Positions 1 to 10,700 of a stretch of 64,000 bases of DNA are shown one piece after another (the stretch's first letter is position 1; every line of letters starts with the position of its first letter). The position numbers were made by a program, and so were the translations under genes. The notes beneath the pieces were generated by a model. That model saw only the letters and a program-made list of their open reading frames with translations, had not been told where the DNA came from and did not search any database. The stretch spans positions 718 to 64,717 of the forward strand of contig BOWX01000004.1 in assembly GCA_019650355.1 (NCBI GenBank), read 5' to 3'. This stretch comes from Fidelibacterota bacterium. Its GTDB lineage: Bacteria > Fidelibacterota > Marinisomatia > Marinisomatales > Marinisomataceae.

Positions 1-285
1 GAAGCTTCTAAATTCTTACTAAGAGTAAAAGGTGATGGAAATATATATAAATTTCGTTTGACAATGAAGGGTAGTTATGCGAATTATTCTGCTAATTTTA
101 AGACTATTAAAGGTCAATGGGTTGATATTGAAATCCCAGTTGAAAACTTTCAACCTTACTATTTTGGTAGAAGCATAAGAGCTCCAAAACTAAAAGTACA
201 AAAAGTAAATTCTATGGGAATTCTTATTTCTGATAAGCAGGAAGGTAACTTTTTATTAGAGATTGAACATATAAAAGCTTTTTAA
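1..285 (+). CDS. CIA30 family protein (5'-truncated by window edge)
   Basis: Frame open from base 1: LRVKGDGNIYKFRL...QWVDIEIPVENFQP...GILISDKQEGNFLLEI, typical of the CIA30 C-terminus. Confidence 0.8.
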   Translation, partial: EASKFLLRVKGDGNIYKFRLTMKGSYANYSANFKTIKGQWVDIEIPVENFQPYYFGRSIRAPKLKVQKVNSMGILISDKQEGNFLLEIEHIKAF

Positions 286-298
286 TTAAATTATTTTA

Positions 299-1499
299 AT
301 GGGGAAGCACATATACAGATTAACCATTCTTATTTTTATTTCGATCATATTTTCTTGTTCTGGAGGAAATTCAACACAGTCTGTTGAAGATGTTGGTGAC
401 GATACCCCGGGCGATAATTCAGGAGGAAATGGTGGTGGAATAATTCCTGAACCTGTAGCTAGCTTTACAGTTTCCTCTTATAGCGGTGAAGCTCCTTTTG
501 ATATTACATTTACAAGTACATCTACCGGTGAAATCACTTCTTGGTTATGGAATGTGGATGATGATAGTGATATTGAAAGTACATATTACACCTTTACACA
601 TACTTATGATAATGCAGGTACATATGATGTATCATTAATAGTAATTGGACCTGGCGGTCAAAATGTTCATACTGAAAATGATATAATATCAATAACTGAG
701 CCTGAAACATCAACTGAAACTGGATTATTTAGTGAAACCATGTCCTATGATAATGAAACAAGAGAATATTTAATATATATCCCTTCATCATATGACCCAA
801 ATTCTGCTACTCCAATTCTGTTCGCATTCCACGGATTTGGTGGATATAGTCAATATTTTATTAATACAGCAGATTTTAGATCTTTAGCTGATCAGTTTAA
901 TTTCATTGCAGTTTATCCTCAAGGCCTTATTTGTGGTGGTGGAACTACATGGAATACTAATCCTCCAGGAGGAGATAATAAATGCAGTCAAGATGATATA
1001 GGGTTTTTTGCTGCATTACTTAATGAGATATCAGGCAATTATAATATAGACGCATCAAAAGTGTTTTTAACTGGGTACTCAAATGGAGCTGACTTCTCAT
1101 ATTCTATGGCATGCTATCAAAGTTCATTAGTAACAGCTATTGCACCTGTTTCAGGATTAATGCCAATGAATGATTCAAGCAGAATGTCAACCAAGCCATG
1201 CAACTTCAGTAATGATATTTAATGGAACTATTGATTATTCCAGACCTTACAATGGTATTGCTGGATATATGATGAGCGTAGATCAAACAGTAGCTTATTG
1301 GTCTCAGTATAATAATACCGATTCTTCACCGCAAACTAATATTGTTGGAGATATTGAAAACTACACCTACTTAAATGGAGATAATTACACAACTGTAGAT
1401 CTATTTAAAATTGTAAACGGTGATCACTATTGGTTTACCTTGTCATATAATGGAAATTCCATGGAGGAACTAATGTGGAATTTTTTCTCAAGTAATTAA
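299..1499 (+). CDS. Lipoprotein with PKD domain + PHB-depolymerase/LpqP-like alpha/beta esterase (frameshift ~1180)
   Basis: Lipobox IIFSC; PKD-like THTYDNAGTYDVSL; REYLIYIP, AFHGFGG, VYPQG, GYSNG nucleophile motif; C-terminal NGDHYW lies in the second ORF 1170..1499. Confidence 0.8.
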
Positions 1500-1545
1500 A
1501 ACCACAAATAATGCCTTTGCAGTAAAAAAATGATATATTGTCTTC

Positions 1546-2490
1546 ATGGAAAAAACTGCAATCATTGCACTTGGAGGAAACGCTCTCTCAGATAAAAGTC
1601 AAGCTGGTACTATAAATGATCAGTTTAGTAATACTCGAAAATCATTGACTGAAATTATCAAGTTTTTAAAAGAAGACTATAATATCTGTATAACTCATGG
1701 AAATGGTCCGCAAGTTGGAGATGAGCTATTAAGAATGGATTTAACTCAAGATGAAGTTTCTCCATTGCCATTAGGTGTTTGTGTAGCTGGTACACAAGGA
1801 ACTATAGGTTATATGATTCAACAAACTTTCCAAAATATTTTAAATCAAGAAAATATTGATAAAGAAGTAGTAACACTAGTAACTCAAGTTGTTGTAGATC
1901 CAAAACATCCTTCACTTAAAAATCCAACAAAATTTGTTGGACAACGTTTTTCAAAGCAAGAGGCAGAAAAAAGAGCAAAGCGCATGGGATGGATAGTTAA
2001 AGAACAAGATCCTGGGGAGTGGAGAAGGGTAGTTCCATCTCCAGATCCTGATTTTGTAATGCATGGTATTAGTATTAGAACTCTAGTTGAGGCAGGTATT
2101 ATAGTTTTAGCAGCTGGTGGTGGAGGTATTCCAGTTTTTATTGGTGAAGATGGGAAGTTTGAAGGAATTGATGCAGTCATTGATAAAGACCTAACAGCTG
2201 CAAAGCTTGGTAGAGTAATTCGTGCCGATGAATATTATATTGTAACAGATATTGAGCAAGTTTATTTAAACTATGGAACTGATAACCAATCTCCAATTAA
2301 TCATATGACAGATGTAGAAGCCAAACAATTCCAAAAAGAAGGACATTTTCAACAAGGAAGTATGTGGCCAAAAATTCGTTCAGCTATTTATTTCTTAAAA
2401 CATTATGGTAAAAAAGTTATAATTACAAATATCGATCATCTTCAAGATGCCATTGATGGAAAAGCTGGTACAACTATCGTTAAAGGGTAA
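1546..2490 (+). CDS. arcC: Carbamate kinase
   Basis: IALGGNAL, THGNGPQVG, NPTKFVG, RRVVPSP, AVIDKD, GSMWPK. Confidence 0.95.
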   Translation: MEKTAIIALGGNALSDKSQAGTINDQFSNTRKSLTEIIKFLKEDYNICITHGNGPQVGDELLRMDLTQDEVSPLPLGVCVAGTQGTIGYMIQQTFQNILNQENIDKEVVTLVTQVVVDPKHPSLKNPTKFVGQRFSKQEAEKRAKRMGWIVKEQDPGEWRRVVPSPDPDFVMHGISIRTLVEAGIIVLAAGGGGIPVFIGEDGKFEGIDAVIDKDLTAAKLGRVIRADEYYIVTDIEQVYLNYGTDNQSPINHMTDVEAKQFQKEGHFQQGSMWPKIRSAIYFLKHYGKKVIITNIDHLQDAIDGKAGTTIVKG

Positions 2491-3041
2491 TGGATTTATT
2501 TTCAGCTAATCAATTAATGTGGGCAGCTTTTATTGTTGGTAATAGTGCTCCTGTAATATTTTTCATACTTTATTATTATCAAAAAATAACAGCAGAATTG
2601 TTCAAGTTATATTTTTTGGGAGTATTAGTGGGACTTACATGGGAAATTCCTTTCGCATTGGCAGGAAAATCATTTCACCTAATTCTAATTGATTGGCCAA
2701 TTAATCTACCTTTAGTAAGAAATATTACATACTCATTTATTGATGGTCTAATTTTTATTGTTGGCATTTTTTTAGCAAAAGCATTTCTTAAAAATAAAGA
2801 ATTTCTTTATACATTCAACTCAACAGCATTGTTAATAATGATTATTTGGGGAAGTATTTCTGAGTTTTTAGTAGACTTGAATGGAAATGGAAAGCTGTGG
2901 TTATTTATTGATAACTGGTATAATCCTATATTTATAACTATTAATGGTAATGGTTTAACTATTATTCCTCAACTCATTTGGTTTGTTGCTCCGATTGCGT
3001 ACTATTTTACTATCTTGAGATGTCTATCAAAGAAAATATAA
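2490..3041 (+). CDS. Hypothetical multi-pass membrane protein
   Basis: About 5 hydrophobic segments; TAATG overlap with arcC. Confidence 0.75.
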   Translation: MDLFSANQLMWAAFIVGNSAPVIFFILYYYQKITAELFKLYFLGVLVGLTWEIPFALAGKSFHLILIDWPINLPLVRNITYSFIDGLIFIVGIFLAKAFLKNKEFLYTFNSTALLIMIIWGSISEFLVDLNGNGKLWLFIDNWYNPIFITINGNGLTIIPQLIWFVAPIAYYFTILRCLSKKI

Positions 3042-3577
3042 GACATGAAAAACGTCATGAAAGATCTCTTCTTTCGGATGCACATATTTCAAGATTGTCT
3101 GATAATTTTTTGTCACAGTGGTTAAAGATTTCAAAAGAATTATCATATAACACTGTAGGTCTTTATTATCCGTTCGATAATGAAGCATCTCCGCTTGAAA
3201 TAATAAATTATCTTCATTCGAAGAATAAAGAAGTATTACTTCCTGTGATTGAAAATCAATCAAAAACTCTTTCTTTTGCAAAATATGATTTTCAATCTGA
3301 GCTATTAACTAATAAATACGGAATATACGAACCAAAAGATAAAGAATTTGTTGATAATAAACATATCGACATTGTATTAGTACCTTGTGTTGCATTCAAT
3401 AACCAATTATTTCGATTAGGGATGGGAGGTGGTTTTTACGATCGAACTTTTTCAAAAAAGACATCAACTATTTTAATTGGTATTGCGTATAGTTTTCAGT
3501 TTGAAAACATTTCATTTCAAGAAGAACACGATATCAAGATGGATTATGTGATTACCCAAAAAGAGATATTAAAATAA
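3020..3577 (+). CDS. ygfA: 5-formyltetrahydrofolate cyclo-ligase
   Basis: NKYGIYEP, DIVLVPCVAF, RLGMGGGFYDR, HDIKMD; likely ATG at 3020. Confidence 0.92.
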   Translation: MSIKENIRHEKRHERSLLSDAHISRLSDNFLSQWLKISKELSYNTVGLYYPFDNEASPLEIINYLHSKNKEVLLPVIENQSKTLSFAKYDFQSELLTNKYGIYEPKDKEFVDNKHIDIVLVPCVAFNNQLFRLGMGGGFYDRTFSKKTSTILIGIAYSFQFENISFQEEHDIKMDYVITQKEILK

Positions 3578-4291
3578 TTAAATTGGTTTTGAGGCACTAT
3601 AAATGTTAACAATACCAAGAGATAAATATTTTATTTGAATATTTTTAAAACCAGCTTTCTCTAAAATCATCTTAAATTCCTTCCCATGTGGAAAATGTTC
3701 AGCTGAGGTTGATAGATATTGGTAAGCTTGTTGATTTTTTGCAATCATTCTTCCTAAAACTGGAACAATAAGTTTTGTATAAAGAAAGTATCCAAATCGA
3801 AATATAAAAAAGGAAGGTACAGCAGTTTCAAGTATAATTAATTTTTTGCCAGGCCTTAAGACACGTTTAATCTCAGATAAGCCTTCTTCCAAGTTTTCAA
3901 AATTTCTAACTCCAAAACCTATTGTTGCAACATCAAAAGTATTATCATCAAAACTCATATTTTCTGCATCTTCTAATTGAAATCTGATATTTGATAATCC
4001 CATACTTTTTTTATTAGCTAAATCCAACATCATCGATGCATTGTCAACTCCAACAACTTGAACATTATCGTTTGCAAAACATAACGCTATATCTCCAGTA
4101 CCAGTTGCGATATCAATTATTTTGCTTGGGCCATTCTGCATTGAAAGTTTATAAACGATATTTCTCCAATTCTTATCCATGTTTAATGTCATCATTTTAT
4201 TGATTTGATCATATCGTGATGATATATCATTAAACATATTTTTTATTTGAATTTTTTTTGATTCATTTTTTGAATTATCTGGTTTTATCAT
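3578..4291 (-). CDS. ubiE: Ubiquinone/menaquinone C-methyltransferase UbiE/MenG
   Basis: MFNDISSRYD, DIATGTGD, FGVRN, RVLRPG, AYQYL. Confidence 0.93.
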   Translation of the reverse strand: MIKPDNSKNESKKIQIKNMFNDISSRYDQINKMMTLNMDKNWRNIVYKLSMQNGPSKIIDIATGTGDIALCFANDNVQVVGVDNASMMLDLANKKSMGLSNIRFQLEDAENMSFDDNTFDVATIGFGVRNFENLEEGLSEIKRVLRPGKKLIILETAVPSFFIFRFGYFLYTKLIVPVLGRMIAKNQQAYQYLSTSAEHFPHGKEFKMILEKAGFKNIQIKYLSLGIVNIYSASKPI

Positions 4292-4301
4292 TTAATAAGA
4301 T

Positions 4302-4335
4302 AAAAAAAATGGCAGGTAATGCACTAGCCATTTTT
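4302..4335. promoter_or_regulatory. Inverted repeat in the ubiE/hlyIII divergent gap
   Basis: AAAAATGGC-N13-GCCATTTTT; on the minus strand the stem runs into a T8 tract. Confidence 0.4.
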
Positions 4336-4374
4336 AAAGGTTTATGATTTAAGTATTTATAGCTATTTTTTTGT

Positions 4375-5022
4375 ATGAAAAATCTCCCAAATCAATTTTT
4401 TTATTCCAAAGAAGAAGATAGATTGAACGTTATCTCTCACGGAATAGGTTTTATACTTAGTATCATTGGATTAATTTTTTTATTAAACAAAGGGCTCCAA
4501 GATTTTAACCTACTTCGTTTTTTGAGCTTTCTTATTTATGGTATAAGTTTATCTACAATGTACATTGCTTCAACGTTATACCATAATTCTAAAACACCAG
4601 AAGGAAGGTACAAATTCAGACTTTTTGATATGGTTTCTATTTATTTACTAATTGCTGGATCTTATACACCATTTACTTTAACTGTTTTAATTGATAGTGG
4701 AGGTTTAACACTATTCTTATTGGTTTGGGTGATAGCTTTCATTGGAATTATTTGGAAAATTTTTACTGTAGGTAACTATAATATTAGTTCAACATTATTA
4801 TATATTTTTATGGGTGGTCTTTGGTTATTTTTCATTGATGCTTTCATAAATGAAATTCCTCAAAATGCATTAATGTGGATATATGCTTCAGCTTCAACCT
4901 ATTTAATTGGCGTCTTTTTCTATTTAGCCGATTCGAAGATCAAATACAATCATTTCATTTGGCATATTTTTGTTCTTCTTGCAAGTGCGTTTCATTACAT
5001 CTCAATTTACTTTTATATTTAA
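4375..5022 (+). CDS. Hemolysin III/PAQR family membrane protein
   Basis: EEDRLNVISHG, STLYH, IYLLIAGSYTP, HFIWHIFV. Confidence 0.93.
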   Translation: MKNLPNQFFYSKEEDRLNVISHGIGFILSIIGLIFLLNKGLQDFNLLRFLSFLIYGISLSTMYIASTLYHNSKTPEGRYKFRLFDMVSIYLLIAGSYTPFTLTVLIDSGGLTLFLLVWVIAFIGIIWKIFTVGNYNISSTLLYIFMGGLWLFFIDAFINEIPQNALMWIYASASTYLIGVFFYLADSKIKYNHFIWHIFVLLASAFHYISIYFYI

Positions 5023-5035
5023 TCTACCTACCTTA

Positions 5036-6563
5036 ATGAAAATGAAAAAATATTCTGTTCCAAAAAATTTCAACTCATCCATTGGGCATAATAGCCTAGA
5101 TAATTATCAATCTTTAAGAAAGAATGCTGAGCAAGATTCAAACTCTTATTGGGAGTCCGTTGCAGAGCGTATTGATTGGTTTGATAAGTGGACAACTATC
5201 AACAATACAGATTATTCTAAAGCGCATATCGAGTGGTTTTCAAATGGAAAACTAAATGCATCCTATAATTGCATAGATAGGCATATTGAAAATGGCTTAG
5301 GAGAAAAAACAGCCCTTATTTGGCAATCAAATGATCCAACTATCTCAACAAATGTCTCTTATAATGAATTATTGAAAAAGTTTCATTATTTGAAGGTTTA
5401 AAAAATGGTCAAAAAAAGGGATGTTTTTTTTTAAGCAAAGATTCCGAGGAAAATTTGCGTTTTTTTAGTTTTTAAACAGGCATTAGGGGTTTTACTTTAA
5501 GGAGTTAAAAAAAAATAAGTTTTTAGTGTAACATTATTCCAAAATTTAAAGAGGTTAAATTTGTTCAATAAAAAAAGCGTAAAATTAAGAAGCCCCCAAA
5601 AAATTTTATTTAATTTTTAAAAGGGTTGTTTAGGGGGAAAAATTTAAGGAATAATTTTTTTGGGAAATAAAATTTCCCCTGAAAAAAAAGCCCCTTATTT
5701 TTTTATAATTTCGGTTTTAAAAAAACCAAAAAGGGGGTAACATACAAAAAAATTTTTGGAGCGTAATTAATGTTTTAATAAAAATATTTTTTTAAACCTA
5801 AAAGGTATTACAGGTTTTCAAATTTTTGGATTATCAAATTTAAATTTAAGTTTTTTTAAAAAAAGGGTTAAATTCCAATTTTGGAAGTTTTTGGAAATTG
5901 TTAAAGGGGAAAATAAGTTTTTTTTAAAAACCCAAAATTGGGCTTTTTAAAAAAGGGAATTTTTAAAAAAATTTTTACAGAAAATTTGGGGGGCCCAAAA
6001 AATTTAAATCCCAAATCTTGGGTTTTTTTTAAAATTTAAGGAATAAAAATTCCTATTTTTAAATTAATGAAGGGAGGATTTTAAGCCCCATTTAGGTTTC
6101 CCAAAAAAAACCAAATCCCCAATTTAATTAAGTTAAATTCCAAATTTTAAATAAAAAAAATTAACGGAAAATCTTTATTTGTTTTAACGGGGGGCCCAAA
6201 TAAGGGGGCATAAATTTAAATCGATTTTCTCAAGCCCGGAAATTTTTTTTTAAGGGATACAAATAGAATATAAATTTTTTTTACTGGTTTGTTTTAAAAT
6301 GTTTGGGGGCATAAATTGGGGAAAAAATTTTTTTGGGGAAGGGGAAAAATATATATATCCCAAAATTTAAAAGGGAAATTTTGCTTTTTTATTATAAGGG
6401 ATTTGATACAAAAAATAAAAAAAAGTATTTTAATATTCCCCAAAAATTACCCCAGGGCAAACCTGGGTTTTCTTTTTTTTGGATTCAAAACCCAAAAAAT
6501 AAAAAATTTTTAAAAAAAAATTTCCCCCAAAAAAAAATTGGGGTATACATCAACAAGCAATAA
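5036..6563 (+). CDS. acs: Acetyl-CoA synthetase; N-terminus intact, remainder unreadable (end approximate)
   Basis: IEWFSNGKLNASYNCIDRH, KTALIW, VSYNEL; later Acs motifs survive as ghosts in the scrambled DNA. Confidence 0.8.
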
Positions 6564-6600
6564 TGTTATAATGTTTAAAAAAATAAATTTATTTTTGATC
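5380..6600. other. Low-complexity homopolymer-rich tract (probable basecalling/assembly artefact)
   Basis: Runs of A/T/G/C and no codon structure, collinear with the expected acs body. Confidence 0.8.
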
Positions 6601-6829
6601 TGAAGATTTAAATCTTGTTGAACGAGAAGTAGAGCTATGCTTTGTTTTTCTTCCTTTAACTCTTTTTCTCCAAAGTTCAAAAGAGCTTCTTTTAAGATGT
6701 GTTCTCATAATTTTTGGCCCTTTTTTTTTAATCCAAATTGGTATTCAATGGCTTCAAAGGGTGATCTTCCCATGCCATTTCGATAATTCTATCAATATCT
6801 TGAGGCTTAATATCCAAATCCACCACCAT
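6589..6829 (-). CDS. TIGR03643 (DUF2805) family protein, frameshifted; absent from the ORF track
   Basis: Manual translation: DIDRIIEMAWED..PFEAIEYQFGL...MRTHLKRSSFELWRKRVKGRKTKH. Confidence 0.8.
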
Positions 6830-7643
6830 GACACATTAATATCTGTCCAGTGACATAGTTGGATTCAGGAATACAGAACATATATATTGCTCCAGCAGCT
6901 TCTTGAGGAGTTCCAGGTCTACCTAAAGGAATCATAGTCTTAGCTGATTGAAATACAGCAGAATTCACACCAACTTTGATTTTATTTCCTTCAATATCAA
7001 TGAGCGATTCTTCTTTTTCAGCATCTGCATCAGTTAAGCGAGTTTTAATGAGTCCAAATCCTACAGCGTTGACGTTAACATTGTATCGACCCCATTCTTT
7101 TGCCATAGTTTTGGCCATTCCTACAACTCCAGCTTTTGCTGTAGCGTAATTTATTTGTCCAGCATTTCCAAACATTCCAGATGTAGAAGAGATATTTACT
7201 ACTTTTCTAAAATTGGTAATTCCATTTTCTTTTTCTTCTAAAAACAATCTTTTAATGTGAGGTTGTGCAGCTCTAAGAATTTTAAAAGGAGCAGTAAGGT
7301 GACATTCTAAAATTGCATCCCATTGTTTATCATCCATTTTTTGAATGACATTGTCCCAGGTGTATCCAGCATTATTAACAATGATGTCTATCCCACCAAA
7401 TGAATCTAAAGCAGTATTAATAAATCGCTCTGCAAAGTCATCATCAGTAACGCTTCCATTACAAGCAACTGCTTTTCCTCCCATATCCATGATATCAGAT
7501 ACAGTTTGATTGGCAGGATCTGCATCTAAATCATTTACAACTATATGAGCACCATCTTTTGCTAACATTAAAGCTAGCTCTCTTCCAATTCCTCTTCCAG
7601 AACCGGTAATGAGTGCTACTTTTCCTTCTAATTTTTTTTTCAT
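6807..7643 (-). CDS. SDR oxidoreductase (FabG-like)
   Basis: TGSGRGIG, NNAG, YATAK; AAAGGA RBS before ATG 7643. Confidence 0.92.
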   Translation of the reverse strand: MKKKLEGKVALITGSGRGIGRELALMLAKDGAHIVVNDLDADPANQTVSDIMDMGGKAVACNGSVTDDDFAERFINTALDSFGGIDIIVNNAGYTWDNVIQKMDDKQWDAILECHLTAPFKILRAAQPHIKRLFLEEKENGITNFRKVVNISSTSGMFGNAGQINYATAKAGVVGMAKTMAKEWGRYNVNVNAVGFGLIKTRLTDADAEKEESLIDIEGNKIKVGVNSAVFQSAKTMIPLGRPGTPQEAAGAIYMFCIPESNYVTGQILMCHGGGFGY

Positions 7644-7718
7644 ATCATTTCCTTTTTTAGTAATCAATTTTACCATTTTTTTTAATTTTTTGCTCTATTA
7701 GTTTTTGAAGGTAGTACA

Positions 7719-7749
7719 TTGACATTTATATAAGTAAAGTGTACTTTAC
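7719..7749 (+). promoter_or_regulatory. Sigma70 promoter with overlapping palindromic operator
   Basis: TTGACA(7719)-17 nt-TACTTT(7742); inverted repeat GTAAAGT-GT-ACTTTAC at 7734-7749. Confidence 0.7.
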
Positions 7750-7774
7750 ATCTTAACAATTTTATGGAGAAACA

Positions 7775-10700
7775 ATGATTAATAATAAAGGTCTTATAAC
7801 AACACTTATTTTAGCAGTTCTTTCAACATTATATCTTGGAAGTGTTTGGAATGATTTTTTTGGTACATTAAGCGTAAATGTATCCATGGATCGTCAACAG
7901 GCAATTAAAGCTGCATCAGATGCTTCAAAGCAATTTACAATATTAGATGATTCATTTGAGCAAGCATCCATATATAATTTTGACGATTCTCTACGAAACT
8001 TTGTTGAGTTAAAACAAGGTGGTAAAGAGAAATTCCAAGAGATAATCGATAATGATGTTTATTCACCATATAATTGGATGGTTCGTTCCTATAAAGAAGG
8101 TGAGATTATTGAAGCAATGTTTCAATTTAAGCCTGATGGAAGTCCAAACGGATATAGAATTAAAATTCCTGAAGATTATGATTCTGATAGTCTTGACGAA
8201 GAAGATGCCTTAGCATTAGTTGAACAAAACATTAATAATCAATGGTCTGGAAATTTCAGTGATTATAATCTTATTGAATCTTCATTTAAAGAAATGCCAA
8301 ATGGAAGAGTAGATCATTCTTTTCTTTTTGAGCACAATCTACAAGATATTGGAGAAGCAAAATATAGATTACGAGCAACAGTCTCAGGCTCAATTATAAA
8401 CTCTGTAAGCCCTTTTGCATTTGTTCCTGAATCATTTCAAAGAGAATTTGCTAATATAAGATCTGATAATGATACAATTGCTATTTTTGCCAATTTTGCA
8501 TTCTTAGGAATTTATTTATTAGGTATTGGTGTGACTTCACTAATAATTTTTTATAGAAATGGCTGGTTAAGATGGAAAAAGTCAGTATTAGCTGCTGCTT
8601 TTGTTGCTCTTTTTTCAAATATTCTTTTAAATCTTAATTTCTATCCTACGATTTGGATGGCCTATGATACAGCCTCCTCAAAATCTCAATTTTTAACAGA
8701 ACAATTATTGGGAATGATAGCCAATGGAATTCTTATGTTCTTCATTTTGGCTGCCTCATTTATCACAGCTGAGTCATTAACAAGAAGAGCATTTCCTAAG
8801 CACATTCAAATTTGGAAGACATGGAGTTCTAACGTTGCAAACTCAAAACGCGTATTAAATGATACTATTTTTGCTTACTTGATTGTTCCAATTAAACTAG
8901 CTCTTGTAGGAGCATTTTATATACTCATGGAAAGAAATTTTGGATTCTGGTCTCCAGCTTCATCATCATTTGATCCTAATTATTTAGCATCTATTTTCCC
9001 GTGGTACACAGGTTTAGCTATATCTTTACAAGCTGGTTTTTGGGAAGAAATGTTATTTAGAGCAGTTCCAATCGCTGCAGGGGTTTTAATTGGTCAACGA
9101 TATAATATGCGCTTTACAGGATTAATGGTAGCTATGGTAGTCCAGGCATTAATTTTTGGTGCTGGACATGCTAATTATCCTGCGCAGCCATCATATGCGA
9201 GAGTCGTTGAATTATTTTTACCATCAATTGTGGTTTATGGTATGATTTATTTACGATTAGGAGTTGTCTTTGGAGCTATTACTCACTATGTATATGATGT
9301 TGTATTATTTTCTTTACCAATTTGGTATTCTTCAGGATATATTTTTGATAAGTTTATGACAGTTGTTGGAGGATTAATTCCTTTGCTTGTTATTTTATAT
9401 TTTAGAATGAAACATCAGAAATGGTCTGATGTAGATTCTTCATCATTAAATGAAGGTTTTGTACCTACTCCACCAGAGAAAAAAACTGCTGAAGAACCAG
9501 AAGTCGTTAGTACTGTTCCATCAGCTTCTAATGTTTTAAACCCAAAAATTATTGGAATAGCTCTAATATTTGTTATTGGAATTTTTAGTACTTTTAAATT
9601 GTCTAATGTAGAGGTTCCTGTTAATTCACCATCAATTGACAAAGAAGAGGCAATTTCAATAGCAAATCAATTCTTATCAGATAACAATATCACATTACCT
9701 GACGGATATAATGCCTATGCATTTGATGATAGCTCATATCCTGCATCCTCATTCATTTGGGAGGAGCTTGGGGAAGAGACGTATTTATCGTTACTTGGAT
9801 CTTACGTTTTAGGACCTAGGTGGAAAGTGAGGTTTGCAAAATTTGATGGGCCAGTAGAATCACGTGCAAGAGAAGTAATGGTATCGATGGATTTCGATGG
9901 AAATATTTTGAGATTTAATAATAGGTTTCCAGAAGATGAAGCGGGTAAGCAGCTAAGCAGAGAAGAAGCACAAGTACTTGCTGAAAATGCGTTATCTGAA
10001 TATTTAGGTATGAATATATCTGCTGTTACTCTTACCAGTGCTCAAGAATCTCAAAAGCCTAATAGGTTAGATTGGACATTTACTTTTACAGATAATAATG
10101 AGCTGGAGTATGAAGGTGCAAAGCTTCAAAATATTATCTCCATATCAGGAGATAAGATATCTGGATTCACAAAGTTTGTTTTTGTTCCTGAAGAGTGGAT
10201 AAGAATGAAACGAGATCGTGAAGGTTTATCAGGTATTATAGGTACTCTATTTACCGTTCCTGGTGCAATCTTTGTAATAGGATTATTATTAATGAGATCA
10301 TTTAAGTTATTAATGGATCGAAAGATAAATGTTAGAAAAGGTCTAATTTTTGGTTCATTTGCTATCTTTGGAATTCTTAGTGTCTTTAATGATTCATCAT
10401 TCCTTAATACCATGCCAACAAATCAACCTATTGAAAATTTGATGACTACATACTACATATCTTCAATAGGTGGGGCACTGATTGCTCTTGGACTAATTAA
10501 TATATTATTGTTTGGAACGCTGAATAAGCTTGTACAACCATCAATAAATAATATCAAAATAAAAGATGCAATTCTTGGAGGGATAATTGTAGCATTAACC
10601 ATGATTGCTTCATTGGTATTAGCTGGCTCTTTTCAGTTAAACTTAAATCCAAATTTTGCAAGTTTTAATCTTACTTCATATTATCCTCTTTATGATACAT

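Noticed and set aside
6316-6563. Two K/F-rich ORFs in the ORF track
   Set aside because: Translations of the scrambled homopolymer tract, not real proteins
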